64,000 bases of DNA from a virus (IMGVR_UViG_3300028025_000091:1-64000); one strand, 5' to 3'; shown: positions 17,294 to 29,009, numbered from the stretch's first letter. Translations and numbers: made by a program. Notes: a model not told the origin generated them from the sequence alone.

Positions 17294-18103
17294 ATGGCAT
17301 TACTATTTGAAGAAAATGAGGTGTTAAGTATTTTTGAAAAAAAAGGCCAAAAAACTGATTTTTCGGGATCTTTATTTACAATTTTAACTTGGATACAATC
17401 AGATAATCGCATAAATGATGTAAAAGAAGCTGCTTATCTATTAGGAACTGCAGCCGCCGAAAGTAACTATTCTTTACAACGATGGGAAGCAGATTATGTT
17501 TGTGGAAAAGCGGGGGTTCCTTACTCATCCAAAGGCCCATGTTCAACTGCACTTAACTATTACCGCAGTACGAATGGCAAATCAAATTATTATACACTAG
17601 GAACCGATAAAAAAGGATTACCTTATTTTGGAAGAGGATTAATTCAATTAACGGGAAAAGATAACTATAGAAAATATGGAGAAATACTTGGTATAGATCT
17701 TTTAGGTAATGCTGATTTAGCTCTTAACCAAAGATATAGCTATGATATAGCCGTTGAATATATGACTAGAATAAAAAAGCCTTATACATTAAGTGCATTT
17801 GGTTATGTGAAAAAAGGTGATCTAGGAACAGCAAGAAAAGTTGTTAATGGTGGTAGTAATGGTCTAAATGAAGTTAATAAAAACTATAATCTTTGGTTAT
17901 CTATCTTTAAAGAAACAAATTCAATTTTATTCCCATCCTATGGAACTGTTATTAATGGTGAAAATAATCAACCAATTGGCTTTAAATTTACTGTTAGTGA
18001 AGAAGATCCTACAGAAGGTGCTCCTCTTCCAATAGATGAAATAAATATTTCAAATGAATTTTCCATGCTCCCATCAAATGGATCTAATATGAATTTAAAC
18101 TAA
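17294..18103 (+). CDS. Glycoside hydrolase family 19 peptidoglycan hydrolase
   Basis: AYLLGTAAAES, YFGRGLIQLTGKDNY, RKVVNGG. Confidence 0.9.
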   Translation: MALLFEENEVLSIFEKKGQKTDFSGSLFTILTWIQSDNRINDVKEAAYLLGTAAAESNYSLQRWEADYVCGKAGVPYSSKGPCSTALNYYRSTNGKSNYYTLGTDKKGLPYFGRGLIQLTGKDNYRKYGEILGIDLLGNADLALNQRYSYDIAVEYMTRIKKPYTLSAFGYVKKGDLGTARKVVNGGSNGLNEVNKNYNLWLSIFKETNSILFPSYGTVINGENNQPIGFKFTVSEEDPTEGAPLPIDEINISNEFSMLPSNGSNMNLN

Positions 18104-18109
18104 TAATTT

Positions 18110-19189
18110 ATGGATAGTGGAAAACTCTCAATAAAATTATCTTCATCTCTTGACCAGGTAAATCCTAAAAAATTACCTAAAATCCTTATTTCTTCTCCTG
18201 GATATGAATCCAAAGAAATAATTCCTTATAAAGGGGATGGTACTGTAAAAACAGATTTGGGAGTAATAGCATTGACTCCTACCAATATTGCTTTAGAACA
18301 AGATAAAATTAAAGCATCCCAACTAACTACAGATCAAATAAAAGAAATTTCCAAAGGAGAAAAAGGAGCAGATTACTACACTCAAGAACGTTTATCTAAT
18401 CAAATTAATACAGTTAAAACTACATTAATTCCTACAGTATTAACATTAATTGCTGGGTTTGGAGTAACTAAGGCTTCCGATTTAGTAGCTCAAAATCAAA
18501 ACAAGATTTTAGATGTTGTAAAAAATAGAGCTACATGTCCTACTCAAACGGAATTAGAATCTATAATAGATAAAAAAAATAAATTAGTTAAACAATTAAA
18601 TAATACTTTAACTTTAATAGATAATACTACTAAAGCTTTAGGAATTGCTGGGGGTGTTATAGAAGCATTAGATATAGCATATAACGTTTTAAAAAACTTA
18701 CCAATCCCATCTTCAACAGGTGTTCCCGGAGTTCCTGGTTTACCAACTAATGTTATATTAGCGATACAAGACAATAAAGACAAATTAAATACTCTTATTA
18801 GTAAATTAAAAAAGATAAATACTAGTACTTTATCTATTTTAGTTTTATTAAGACAAGTTCTTGTACAAGCTATTCAATTACTTAATTTACTTGATAAACT
18901 TGTTGAAAAATGTTATCCTAATGCTGATCAAGAACAAATTGCTCTTGAATTAACAGCTTTAACTAATCAACAATCTTCAACATCCCCTGTAGTTACAGAT
19001 GTAAACGGATTTACAATGGGTGTTGAAACAGAAGTAACGAATAATTCATTAAAACGTAGAAGAGCCATTGCTACTAATAAACAAAATGTTGTAATGCTTA
19101 AAGGAGAATGGTCATTTAGTTCAATTGATCAAATATTAATAGATGAACTTGTATTCTATATTCAACAAAATAATTTAAAAGCAGATTAA
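18110..19189 (+). CDS. Probable virion protein (partial beta-sandwich plus helical region)
   Basis: ORF track; in frame with the GH19 gene. Confidence 0.65.
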   Translation: MDSGKLSIKLSSSLDQVNPKKLPKILISSPGYESKEIIPYKGDGTVKTDLGVIALTPTNIALEQDKIKASQLTTDQIKEISKGEKGADYYTQERLSNQINTVKTTLIPTVLTLIAGFGVTKASDLVAQNQNKILDVVKNRATCPTQTELESIIDKKNKLVKQLNNTLTLIDNTTKALGIAGGVIEALDIAYNVLKNLPIPSSTGVPGVPGLPTNVILAIQDNKDKLNTLISKLKKINTSTLSILVLLRQVLVQAIQLLNLLDKLVEKCYPNADQEQIALELTALTNQQSSTSPVVTDVNGFTMGVETEVTNNSLKRRRAIATNKQNVVMLKGEWSFSSIDQILIDELVFYIQQNNLKAD

Positions 19190-19207
19190 CCCTATATTTA
19201 TAATCAT

Positions 19208-19546
19208 ATGAAAAGCACAGATTTTAAAAAATTAATTAAAGAAGCCGTAAAAGAAGCAATTCAAGAAGAATTGAAGGATATTTTATTGGAGGCTGTAAAA
19301 TCACCTAAACAAGTAGTTAGAGAGTCATATGCTCCACCTGCTCAACCATCACAACCATCTTACGCTCCCCCACCAGTAGACTTCAGATCAAAATATGCTG
19401 AAGTATTAGGCGAAACCGCTATGAGTTTTACATCTCAAAATGCTCAACCCTCATTTAGACCCCAATCAAGTGACCCAGTAAATGGTAATTTAGGTGTAGG
19501 TGAAGTAGATATGAATCAAATTATGGGACTTTTAAACACTAAATAA
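19208..19546 (+). CDS. Late hypothetical protein with KKLIKEAVKE leader
   Basis: ORF track; late promoter. Confidence 0.75.
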   Translation: MKSTDFKKLIKEAVKEAIQEELKDILLEAVKSPKQVVRESYAPPAQPSQPSYAPPPVDFRSKYAEVLGETAMSFTSQNAQPSFRPQSSDPVNGNLGVGEVDMNQIMGLLNTK

Positions 19547-19953
19547 TGCCATTTAATCCTCAAACCATTAGTCCTTCTAATTTAAATCCAACTATTGGAT
19601 TGGGGGTTAGTCTTCCTTTTAGTAATCCTAATGTATTTAGTTCAACTTATACTACTCAAGATGCTGTTAAAAGTAATCTTATTAATTATTTTTTAACTAA
19701 TCCTGGAGAAATTCCATTAAATCCAACTTTTGGGGCTGGATTAAGATCTTTCTTATTTGAACAAATGTCTGAAGTAACTGTAGATAATGTTAGATCATTT
19801 GTACAATCTAAATTAAATACTGCTTTTCCTATGATTCAAATAGATTCATTAGAAGTACTAACTGATAAACAAGATTATAACACTCTTATAGTCCGTTTAA
19901 AATACTATATACCAAATTCCAACATTAATGGTACATTAAATTTCCAATTTTAA
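19546..19953 (+). CDS. gp25: Baseplate wedge protein, gp25-like
   Basis: NLINYFLTNPGE..LNPTFGAGL..FLFE motif. Confidence 0.9.
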   Translation: MPFNPQTISPSNLNPTIGLGVSLPFSNPNVFSSTYTTQDAVKSNLINYFLTNPGEIPLNPTFGAGLRSFLFEQMSEVTVDNVRSFVQSKLNTAFPMIQIDSLEVLTDKQDYNTLIVRLKYYIPNSNINGTLNFQF

Positions 19954-19955
19954 TT

Positions 19956-21800
19956 ATGGCTACAACAAATAGAGATATAAGATATATTAATCGTGACTTT
20001 TCAGATTTTAGGGCACGTTTGATAGAATATGCTAGAACATATTTTCCACAAACATATACAGATTTTTCTCCAACATCACCTGGAATGATGTTTATGGAAC
20101 AAGCTTCATATGTTGGAGATGTTCTATCATTCTATTTGGATAACCAATTTCAAGAAACATTTGTTCAATATGCTCAACAAACAAATAATGTATTTGAATT
20201 AGCATATATGTTTGGTTATAAACCTAAAACCACAGGTGTAGCTCAAACTGTTATTACTTTCTATCAACAATTACCTTCAAAATTAGTAGGTACAGAATAT
20301 GTTCCTGATTATGATTATGCATTAACTATTGAAGGAAATAGTACTGTATCAACTCCAAATAACGCTACTTTTTTAATCCAAGATAAACTAGATTTTTCTG
20401 TTTCAAGTTCTCAAGATCCAACAACAGTTTCAATATATCAAGTAGCCGGAAACGTACCCCAATATTATTTACTTGAAAAAACAAGAAAAGCTATATCCGC
20501 AGATATAAAAACACTTACTTTTTCATTTACCTCACCCCAACCATTTGCTACTGTTAATATAACTGATATCAATATTATTAAAATATTAGATGTCACTGAT
20601 TCAGATGGTAATATATGGTATGAAGTAGATCATTTAGGTCAAGAAATGGTATTAGATACAATTAAAAATACTAATATTAATGACCCCAATATAAATGGTG
20701 ATACACCTTATTTACTTAAACTTAAAAAAGTAGCAAGACGTTTTACATCTCGTTTTACTTCTCTTTCTAATTTACAACTCCAATTTGGAGTAGGAACTCC
20801 AGACACTATTACAGAAGAAATTACTCCAAATCCAGATAATATAGGTATTGGTTTACCATTTGAAAGAGATAAATTAACAACAGCATATTCTCCAACCAAT
20901 TTTTTATATACAGGAACTTATGGAATTGCACCTTCAAATACCACATTAACCGTAAGATATTTATCTGGTGGTGGAATTAATGCTAATGTTAATTCTGGAG
21001 TTTTAACTAATTTGAATAAATCAAATGCACGTTTTACTCAAACAAATCTTAACTCTACTACAGCTAATTATGTATTTAATTCATTAACTACTAATAATAA
21101 TATACCTGCTAATGGGGGAACTGGAGGAGATTCATTGGAAACTATTCGCCAAAATACTTTAGCAGCTGCAGCTTCCCAACAACGTTCAGTTACAGCAGAT
21201 GATTATTTAATTAGAGCTTTAAGCATGCCTTCTGATTATGGTGCAATTTCTAAAGCATTAATTGAACAACCTAAGTTAACAGATAATCAAGTTTCAACTA
21301 TTGAAACATTAAATTTATATGTTTTATCTTTAAATGCTAATGGGCAGTTAGATTACGCTAATACTACACTAAAAAATAATCTAAGAACTTATTTATCTCA
21401 ATATAGAATGATTGGAGATAATATTGAAATTAGAGATGCATTCATAATCAACATAGGTGTTGATTTTGAAATTATAGTACTCCCAGAGTATAATAATAAT
21501 GAAGTGTTATTATCTTGTATTGTAGCTCTACAAGATTATTTTAAAATAGATAATTGGCAAATTAACCAACCTATAATGTTAAAAGATTTATATATTATGT
21601 TGGATAAAATTAAAGGTGTCCAATCTGTTAAAAATATATCTATTACAAATAAAGCAGGAACAACCACAGGATATTCACAATATGCTTACGACATATCAGG
21701 AGCTACTCAAAATCAAGTAATTTATCCTTCCCAAGACCCCAGCATTTTTGAAGTAAGATACCCTAATAATGATATAAAAGGTAAAGTAGTTCCTTTATAA
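19956..21800 (+). CDS. Baseplate wedge protein, gp6/baseplate-J-like
   Basis: DFSDFRARL..Y....F..TYTDF...SPG...YVGDVLSFY; GG...S...IR...QQRSVTADDY. Confidence 0.85.
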   Translation: MATTNRDIRYINRDFSDFRARLIEYARTYFPQTYTDFSPTSPGMMFMEQASYVGDVLSFYLDNQFQETFVQYAQQTNNVFELAYMFGYKPKTTGVAQTVITFYQQLPSKLVGTEYVPDYDYALTIEGNSTVSTPNNATFLIQDKLDFSVSSSQDPTTVSIYQVAGNVPQYYLLEKTRKAISADIKTLTFSFTSPQPFATVNITDINIIKILDVTDSDGNIWYEVDHLGQEMVLDTIKNTNINDPNINGDTPYLLKLKKVARRFTSRFTSLSNLQLQFGVGTPDTITEEITPNPDNIGIGLPFERDKLTTAYSPTNFLYTGTYGIAPSNTTLTVRYLSGGGINANVNSGVLTNLNKSNARFTQTNLNSTTANYVFNSLTTNNNIPANGGTGGDSLETIRQNTLAAAASQQRSVTADDYLIRALSMPSDYGAISKALIEQPKLTDNQVSTIETLNLYVLSLNANGQLDYANTTLKNNLRTYLSQYRMIGDNIEIRDAFIINIGVDFEIIVLPEYNNNEVLLSCIVALQDYFKIDNWQINQPIMLKDLYIMLDKIKGVQSVKNISITNKAGTTTGYSQYAYDISGATQNQVIYPSQDPSIFEVRYPNNDIKGKVVPL

Positions 21801-21826
21801 CGCCATATTTATAATAAAATATATCA

Positions 21827-23026
21827 ATGGCTGTATATAAACTCTTCCCATCTCAAGACACCACCCTGTATTCTGCATACCCAACTATGAATACTGGATT
21901 AGATGCCATTTTAGAAGTTTCTAATAAACTGGGATTAGATGGAACCCCAGATGTATCTCGTTATTTAGTTCAATTTGATCAAGATGAAATTTTAGATATC
22001 TATTCAAATAAGATAGGGATCAATCAGTATGATGTATATTTAAAAAATTTTATAGCAGAAGCTCAAGGTGCTAATCAAAATATTCTTTTAGAAATTCTTC
22101 CCATTGCCCAACAATGGAATAATGGTACTGGGTATTATTTGGATAATCCTATAGAAACCAACGGTGCTTCTTGGATATCATCAATTTACAGCGGTTCAGG
22201 AGCTTGGTCCATGACGGGATCTTATTCGGGTTCAAGTGGAACTTATGGTTATACAGGATCATATAGTTCCATATATTCACCTGCTGGTGGAGGTAATTGG
22301 TTTTATGATCCTAATGGTGGATTTTATGTGGTTGTAGGATATGTCCTCCCAGGATATTTGGCTACATTCTACCCTAGTAGTTCAGCTAACTTAACATTTT
22401 ACCCTAGAAGCATTAAAGATCTTGAAGCTAATGTTAATAATATTGTTGATGGATGGATAGGTGATTCTATACCAAATTATGGATTTATAGTTAAATTATC
22501 TAGTTCATTAGAATTTAAGACAAATCAAGGTATTCAACCTACATTTAAATATTATAGTGTTGACACAAATACAATTTATCCTCCATGTTTAGAATTTAGA
22601 TGGAGAGATTATGAAACAGTCTTAACTGGATCAGCTACTGGAAGTCTAATCAATACAGTAGATTTAAAAATGTCTCTTGCTGAAAACCCAGGAACTTTCT
22701 TTCCAGAAAGTGTAAATAGATTTTACATAAATGTAAGTCCTTTATACCCAGCTAGAACATATCAAACATCTTCAATGTTCACTAATTTGAATTATTTACC
22801 AACTTCTTCATATTATGCAATAAAAGACTTGGATACTAACGAATATGTTGTTAACTTCGACGACAATTATACTCAAATTAGTTCCGATGCAAATGGTAAT
22901 TATTTTGATGTGTATATGAGTGGTCTAGAACCAGAAAGATATTATAAAGTTTTAATTAAAACTATCATCAATGGTTCAACTATTATATTTGACGATAACT
23001 ATTATTTTAAAGTTATTAACGGATGA
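21827..23026 (+). CDS. Virion structural protein (baseplate region)
   Basis: Late promoter; context and composition. Confidence 0.65.
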   Translation: MAVYKLFPSQDTTLYSAYPTMNTGLDAILEVSNKLGLDGTPDVSRYLVQFDQDEILDIYSNKIGINQYDVYLKNFIAEAQGANQNILLEILPIAQQWNNGTGYYLDNPIETNGASWISSIYSGSGAWSMTGSYSGSSGTYGYTGSYSSIYSPAGGGNWFYDPNGGFYVVVGYVLPGYLATFYPSSSANLTFYPRSIKDLEANVNNIVDGWIGDSIPNYGFIVKLSSSLEFKTNQGIQPTFKYYSVDTNTIYPPCLEFRWRDYETVLTGSATGSLINTVDLKMSLAENPGTFFPESVNRFYINVSPLYPARTYQTSSMFTNLNYLPTSSYYAIKDLDTNEYVVNFDDNYTQISSDANGNYFDVYMSGLEPERYYKVLIKTIINGSTIIFDDNYYFKVING

Positions 23027-23385
23027 GTGAAAATGTAAATTTTAATAAACAAGTATATGATAAAAATCAATATACTAAAGTAATAGATACATCTTTTAAA
23101 CAATTAGGTGTTTCTACTATTCAAGAACAAATTACAGCTCAACCAACAACAAATGAGTTTTTTACTATGTATAATGATTTATTTTATGATATACCCGAAT
23201 TGGGAGCAATAAATTCTCATGAATATCTCATTAAAACTAGTAGTGAATATATAGGATTTGAAGCTAACCAAGAAGAAATAACAGCATTACAAGCTGAAAT
23301 TGCTCAATTAAGAATAGATTTATTAGACGCTCAGAAACAAGTAATAGCATTACAAACAGGAACAACCTTAGCTAACCCACAATAA
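23023..23385 (+). CDS. Hypothetical structural protein
   Basis: Coupled ORF in the baseplate operon. Confidence 0.7.
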   Translation: MSENVNFNKQVYDKNQYTKVIDTSFKQLGVSTIQEQITAQPTTNEFFTMYNDLFYDIPELGAINSHEYLIKTSSEYIGFEANQEEITALQAEIAQLRIDLLDAQKQVIALQTGTTLANPQ

Positions 23386-26300
23386 TGGCATCAGAAATTT
23401 TACAAATAACCCCAGAAAGCTTTTTATCTCAAGATTATAAAATCCAAGATACTAGTTTACTTTCTCCATTCAATGTGGATACTTCTTTATCTTCTAGTGG
23501 TTATATTGAATCTTTTATATACGATAACAATAAAAATGTTTTAAATTCTAACTATAATTTTAGTCAATATACTGTTCTTAATAATGGCCAATCCGCAGGA
23601 TTAGAAAATAATATTTCTTCAATCCAAATGGATCCTGAAAGTGTTTTAACTGATAGTGGATACAATCAAGGAATTTATAATTTATATTTTAATTTCTTCA
23701 ATAAACAAGTAGGTTCTAACCTACAACAACTTTATATATCTGAAATTTCCTCGGATAGAACAGAAATTAGATTAGATAGTACAGCTTTAACAATTGTTGA
23801 TATAATTGAACAAGTAAGTAAATTAATTCAACAACGAGAAAGTAGTCCTTATTTTTTAGATTTTTATTTAAATTTTGGAGAAAATCAATTAGCTATTGCT
23901 AATAATATTCAATTAGATAATCAAGATCCTACCAATCCAACTATATTAATTAAATTATATGAAGCATTACCTGCTCAATTTAATTTAAATTCTACTTTAT
24001 GGATTGTAACTACATTTGATCAACCTATAGCTTACCAGGTTACTTTTGAATCTATTCCTATTGTAATTACTGATACGGTTCCTGTTAAAGGACCTAATTT
24101 TAATTTAGATTTAAAAGACCAAGTTAATAATTCTACTGTATCTTTAGATTATACTAGTTTAACTACTACAACTTTAACAAGTTCATTTAATCAATTAAGT
24201 AGTTTACTTGAGGAAAAAGAAATTGATATAAACATTGACTATACCGATTTTAATAACTTTACCCATTTTAGCTCAGTACAAGCTAGACTTGAAAATTTTT
24301 ATTATAAAGTAAGTTTATTAGAAGATTATTCAGCATCTATTTCTACATTAAATAATACTACCAACAATAATCCAAGTTCTAGTTTAGCAATATATGAATC
24401 TAAAATAAATGATATTATAACTAATTTTGATGGTTATGAGTATTATTTGTATTATACTAGTGGTTCTTGGGCTTGGCCTAAATCAACATCTCAACCACCT
24501 TACCAATTATATACAACAGGTAGTACCGAAGTATTAACTTGGTTTGGTAGCAATGATGATACTAATCCATATTATGGAGGTATTATTTTATCTGCATCCC
24601 TATTTGATAATACAAACCAAAACAATCTTTATTATTCAATCCCAGAATACTTAAGAAACGACCCCGCAAATGAACCATATCAAATATTTGTTGAAATGGT
24701 GGGTCAATTTTATGACAATATTTGGATTTATTATAAAGATGTTACTGAAAAATATAATGCCGATAACCGTTTAGAAAATGGTATTTCAAAAGATATAGTA
24801 GCAGATGCTATTCGTGATTTTGGAATTAAATTGTATCAAAATAATTTCTCAAACGACGATTTATATACTGCATTTTTAGGTTTAACCCCTGGAGGAAGTT
24901 TATTTCCATTCCCTAATATTACGGGTTCATTACCTACACCTAGTGGATTTGAGTATATTGATACATTTATATCTGCTTCTAATGATTATACACCGTTAGA
25001 CGACGTAAATAAGTCGCTATATAAACGTATTTATCATAACATACCGTACTTATTGAAAGCAAAAGGTACATTACCCGCTTTGCGCACACTTATCACTTCA
25101 TATGGTATCCCTGATACTGTATTAAGAATTAATGAGTATGGAGGTAAAGATAAATCCAACACAAATGATTGGGATTATTGGGAAAATACATTTAATTATG
25201 CTTTTTACACTTCAGGTAGCACCTCAGTTACTACTGATTGGGAACTTAACCCAGATTGGAATTCCCCAGATAATGTACCTTCAACCTTAGAATTTAGATT
25301 TAAAATAAAAGATCTATTATCTATTAGTGGTTCTTCTCCTCAAACATTATGGAAAAATGGAGCAGCTTCCATAATCCAACTTAATTACACTGGTTCGGGA
25401 TATAATACTCATCCTCCAACTCCAAATAACCCTTTAGGACTTCCTTATTCAGGTTCTATTATTGATCCATATTACCAATATGCTCAATTAAATCTTTACC
25501 CAGATGCTGCCAACTTTCCTAATTTGTCGGCAAGTATATATCTTCCATTTTGTAATGAAGATTGGTGGTCTGTAATGGTTACTCGAAATGGAGATGATTT
25601 TATATTATATTCTGGAGATAAAATTTATGAAGGAGGAGATAATAATACTTTATTAGGATTTTATGCTACATCATCTGTAAATACTCCTAGTGCTGCTTGG
25701 ACATCCCCAGTCCCTTCTGCCATTTTTGGACCTAGTCCGTTTGATGGCTATTTCCAAGAAATTAGATATTATAATACTGTATTAAGTGAAAGTATATTTA
25801 AGGATTATATTATGAATCCTTGTTCAATTGAAGGAAATTTATTAAATTCTTCACCTGATCAACTTGCATTTAGAGCTTCTTTAGGAGGTGAATTATATAC
25901 AGGATCAAATTCAATTCATCCTAAAGTTACAGGATCATGGCTTGCAACCAGTTCTTTTTCTTCAGGAAATAGTTTATTTGGATTTACTTCTGATACACCA
26001 ATATTTGTACCTAATGTTGAATATTTTTTCTATGATCAAGTAGCAGCAGGGATTAGAAATGCTGTATCTGATAAAATTCGATTAGAAAATAGTGCAATGC
26101 CTTCTGGGGATGTTTTATCACCATTTAGATCATTGGCTCAAAATGTAGCTATTAGTCAAAGTTACACTGCTAATACTAATTTACTTGAAGTAGCATTTTC
26201 TCCCCAAAATGAAATCAACCAAGACATCATGGATCAAATTGGTTATTTCAATATTGGTGAATTAATAGGTGACCCAAGACAACGTTCTTCCTCAGCTACC

Positions 26301-28973
26301 TCATATCCTGATTTAGATGCTTTACGAAATGCATATTTTGAAAAATATACTTCAAATTATGATTTAAATGATTTTATTCGTTTAATTAAATTCTTTGATA
26401 ATTCATTATTCAAAATGATTAAAGATTTTGTACCGGTACGTACAAGTCTCGCTTCAGGAGTAGTTATTAAACAATCACTTTTAGAAAGAAATAAATATCC
26501 TCAACCCCAAGTAAATAACCATTCAACTATAGCTTATACCACTAGTGGGTCAGTTAATAATGTACCTTTTACTTTCCAAAATATCGCAGTCTCAGGTACA
26601 ATAGCTCCTGCTTGGAATAATTTCCAACCGGGAACTATAGAAAACTTTAGTGGTGGTACTGGTGGGTCATTTGAAATATTTAATGGGATTGATACTTCTC
26701 CTTATGGTCCTAATGGAACAGGTCCTCAAAATATATTTAGTATTACTCAAAGCTGGACCGAGGGAGTTACAACTCCTTTAGGAATTGCTAATACTGTTTA
26801 TTCATCACAAGATGAATTTTATGATGGTGAATTTAGTGGTTCACATATAGAAATAGATAATGGAGAATTAAACCCATCAAATCCATATAAATATGCCCCT
26901 ACCCAAGATATACTTTTCAATACATCAGGGTCATCAAATCCAAATCCACCCACAGGATTTATTAATTGGACCTCTGCCATTGGATATAATGGAAGTAATT
27001 ATTCGTTATATGTAAACACATTATATATAAATGAAATCACTGCTAATGGTATTAATATCCAATCAGCCCTACAAAATTTAAGTGCTGGTGATACTATTAA
27101 CTTCACAATTTCAGGCTCAGTAAGTCCTGGAGGAGGACCATATACTAATAGTACTTTAACAGGTATTATTACCTCAATTGCTCCTACATCTACTACAACT
27201 TGGGCTATATCTTTAGGTACAAATTTAGGTAGTCAAGCAACATTTGTTACACCATTTAATCTTACCGGAAGTAATAACCCTAATGTATATTCTAATAGCC
27301 CAATTTATTTAGATCCATACTTAAATGATTCATCTAATTTCTATTATAGTGCTTACAACCCTATAATGAACAATATTGAAGATGAACGTTTAAGTGCTAA
27401 ATTTGAAGAAGTAGAATATTATCCTGGTATAACAACACCTACAAATTTTGGGGTAATTATAAGTGGAAGTGCTTTAAAAGCAGCAGTTCAAGATTCTAAT
27501 TATTCATCAAAACGAGTTATCAATCCAAGATATAACGGTGTTAAATCAACATCACAACATTTAAATTACTGGACTCCTGGTGATACCGGAACCTATGGTA
27601 AAATTCCAACTATAGATAGTTTAAAAACTATGGTTGCTTATTGTGATTGGATTGGAGGATGGCCACCTGATAGAGAAAATGCTTCTGCTATACATGTTTT
27701 ATACTTAATTAAATCAGATGGTTCAGTAATCATTCCTAATACATCTCAGAATTCATTAACTGATATTCAAGGAACCTTTGAATCAGGTGAAAATATTTTA
27801 ATTAGCCCAAAAACAGTTTCTGCAGGACAACCACAACAATCTAGAAAAGTAATTAGAGGGGGTACTCGTATTGAACCTATTTTATATACTCAATATGGGC
27901 AGGCTCCAAATGCTACATGGAATACAACCATGAGCTTTCAAGATATAATTCCTTCAAATACAGGAGCTACTGCAGATTTCTCAGCATTATATAAAACAAC
28001 AACACCTATTACTTTAACTCAAGGAGTAGAAACTTTAGCAGCTGTTAATAATGTTGTATATGGTGCTGCTATTTCCACAGGAAACTCATATGAAATAACT
28101 TCTCAAGCTGTTTTAGATGCATTAGAATTAACTTTTAAATCCCAAAATGTTATAACATTTACTAATATTCAAGGTTCTCTTTCAGGTTATATTATTACTA
28201 AGGTATATAAAAATTCAATATCTCCATCTAATTTAATAGGCCAACAATCAAATCAATTTGATATTAACTTACAACAACCCCAAGGTTTACCATATTTTTC
28301 TAATAAAACAGTTACAATACCTGCTAGTAATCTTAATATTGGAGACAAATATTTTGCTACAGTAACTGTTACATATATCCCTTCAGGCTTTACTCCTACC
28401 ATTAAATTTGATTCTACATTTAAAACCACTCAATACCCTATTTATACCCCCCCAGTTTCATCTTCAGGATATAATTCAATATGGGGGTATTTTGATACTT
28501 CAAATCATCCAAATGTTATAACTTCATCAGTTTTATCCTTAGTTACATTATTTGGTGATCCTAATGCTAAAATGACTGATATAACGGGATCATTATTTAA
28601 TCCTATAACATTACCTTGGTCTATTAAATATGGTGATGAATTTAGATTTGAAGGTAGAGAGGATCTTGTTTATCAAGTAGGAAAAATATATAGCCCCTCC
28701 GATAGTGGATCAGGACGTCTTTCCCAAACAGGATCAATTGAAGTTCACTTTAATAACAATTTACCAATCTCGGCATCTAATTCTGTATTTAACCTAGATC
28801 ATTTCTTAATTAGAAGATACATTGATGATGCTTCTCAAATTATAATGGAAGGATTTAAACCAATTAATTCATCTGGTCCGTTTATTGTAAGACCTGAATA
28901 TATAGTTCCTGAATTAAATAAATCTGTAGATCAATTTATTTTGGATCTTACGCAGAAAGGGTTGATACCATAA
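23385..28973 (+). CDS. Large baseplate/tail structural protein (gp7-like wedge with possible LamG-like domain), 1862 aa
   Basis: IPEYLR, YKRIYHNIPYLLKAKGT..ALRTLI..YG wedge-like motif; EIRYYNTVLS resembles a LamG C-terminus. Confidence 0.65.
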   Translation: MASEILQITPESFLSQDYKIQDTSLLSPFNVDTSLSSSGYIESFIYDNNKNVLNSNYNFSQYTVLNNGQSAGLENNISSIQMDPESVLTDSGYNQGIYNLYFNFFNKQVGSNLQQLYISEISSDRTEIRLDSTALTIVDIIEQVSKLIQQRESSPYFLDFYLNFGENQLAIANNIQLDNQDPTNPTILIKLYEALPAQFNLNSTLWIVTTFDQPIAYQVTFESIPIVITDTVPVKGPNFNLDLKDQVNNSTVSLDYTSLTTTTLTSSFNQLSSLLEEKEIDINIDYTDFNNFTHFSSVQARLENFYYKVSLLEDYSASISTLNNTTNNNPSSSLAIYESKINDIITNFDGYEYYLYYTSGSWAWPKSTSQPPYQLYTTGSTEVLTWFGSNDDTNPYYGGIILSASLFDNTNQNNLYYSIPEYLRNDPANEPYQIFVEMVGQFYDNIWIYYKDVTEKYNADNRLENGISKDIVADAIRDFGIKLYQNNFSNDDLYTAFLGLTPGGSLFPFPNITGSLPTPSGFEYIDTFISASNDYTPLDDVNKSLYKRIYHNIPYLLKAKGTLPALRTLITSYGIPDTVLRINEYGGKDKSNTNDWDYWENTFNYAFYTSGSTSVTTDWELNPDWNSPDNVPSTLEFRFKIKDLLSISGSSPQTLWKNGAASIIQLNYTGSGYNTHPPTPNNPLGLPYSGSIIDPYYQYAQLNLYPDAANFPNLSASIYLPFCNEDWWSVMVTRNGDDFILYSGDKIYEGGDNNTLLGFYATSSVNTPSAAWTSPVPSAIFGPSPFDGYFQEIRYYNTVLSESIFKDYIMNPCSIEGNLLNSSPDQLAFRASLGGELYTGSNSIHPKVTGSWLATSSFSSGNSLFGFTSDTPIFVPNVEYFFYDQVAAGIRNAVSDKIRLENSAMPSGDVLSPFRSLAQNVAISQSYTANTNLLEVAFSPQNEINQDIMDQIGYFNIGELIGDPRQRSSSATSYPDLDALRNAYFEKYTSNYDLNDFIRLIKFFDNSLFKMIKDFVPVRTSLASGVVIKQSLLERNKYPQPQVNNHSTIAYTTSGSVNNVPFTFQNIAVSGTIAPAWNNFQPGTIENFSGGTGGSFEIFNGIDTSPYGPNGTGPQNIFSITQSWTEGVTTPLGIANTVYSSQDEFYDGEFSGSHIEIDNGELNPSNPYKYAPTQDILFNTSGSSNPNPPTGFINWTSAIGYNGSNYSLYVNTLYINEITANGINIQSALQNLSAGDTINFTISGSVSPGGGPYTNSTLTGIITSIAPTSTTTWAISLGTNLGSQATFVTPFNLTGSNNPNVYSNSPIYLDPYLNDSSNFYYSAYNPIMNNIEDERLSAKFEEVEYYPGITTPTNFGVIISGSALKAAVQDSNYSSKRVINPRYNGVKSTSQHLNYWTPGDTGTYGKIPTIDSLKTMVAYCDWIGGWPPDRENASAIHVLYLIKSDGSVIIPNTSQNSLTDIQGTFESGENILISPKTVSAGQPQQSRKVIRGGTRIEPILYTQYGQAPNATWNTTMSFQDIIPSNTGATADFSALYKTTTPITLTQGVETLAAVNNVVYGAAISTGNSYEITSQAVLDALELTFKSQNVITFTNIQGSLSGYIITKVYKNSISPSNLIGQQSNQFDINLQQPQGLPYFSNKTVTIPASNLNIGDKYFATVTVTYIPSGFTPTIKFDSTFKTTQYPIYTPPVSSSGYNSIWGYFDTSNHPNVITSSVLSLVTLFGDPNAKMTDITGSLFNPITLPWSIKYGDEFRFEGREDLVYQVGKIYSPSDSGSGRLSQTGSIEVHFNNNLPISASNSVFNLDHFLIRRYIDDASQIIMEGFKPINSSGPFIVRPEYIVPELNKSVDQFILDLTQKGLIP

Positions 28974-29009
28974 TATTTATTACATATAATACGACAATAA
29001 TTAAACACA

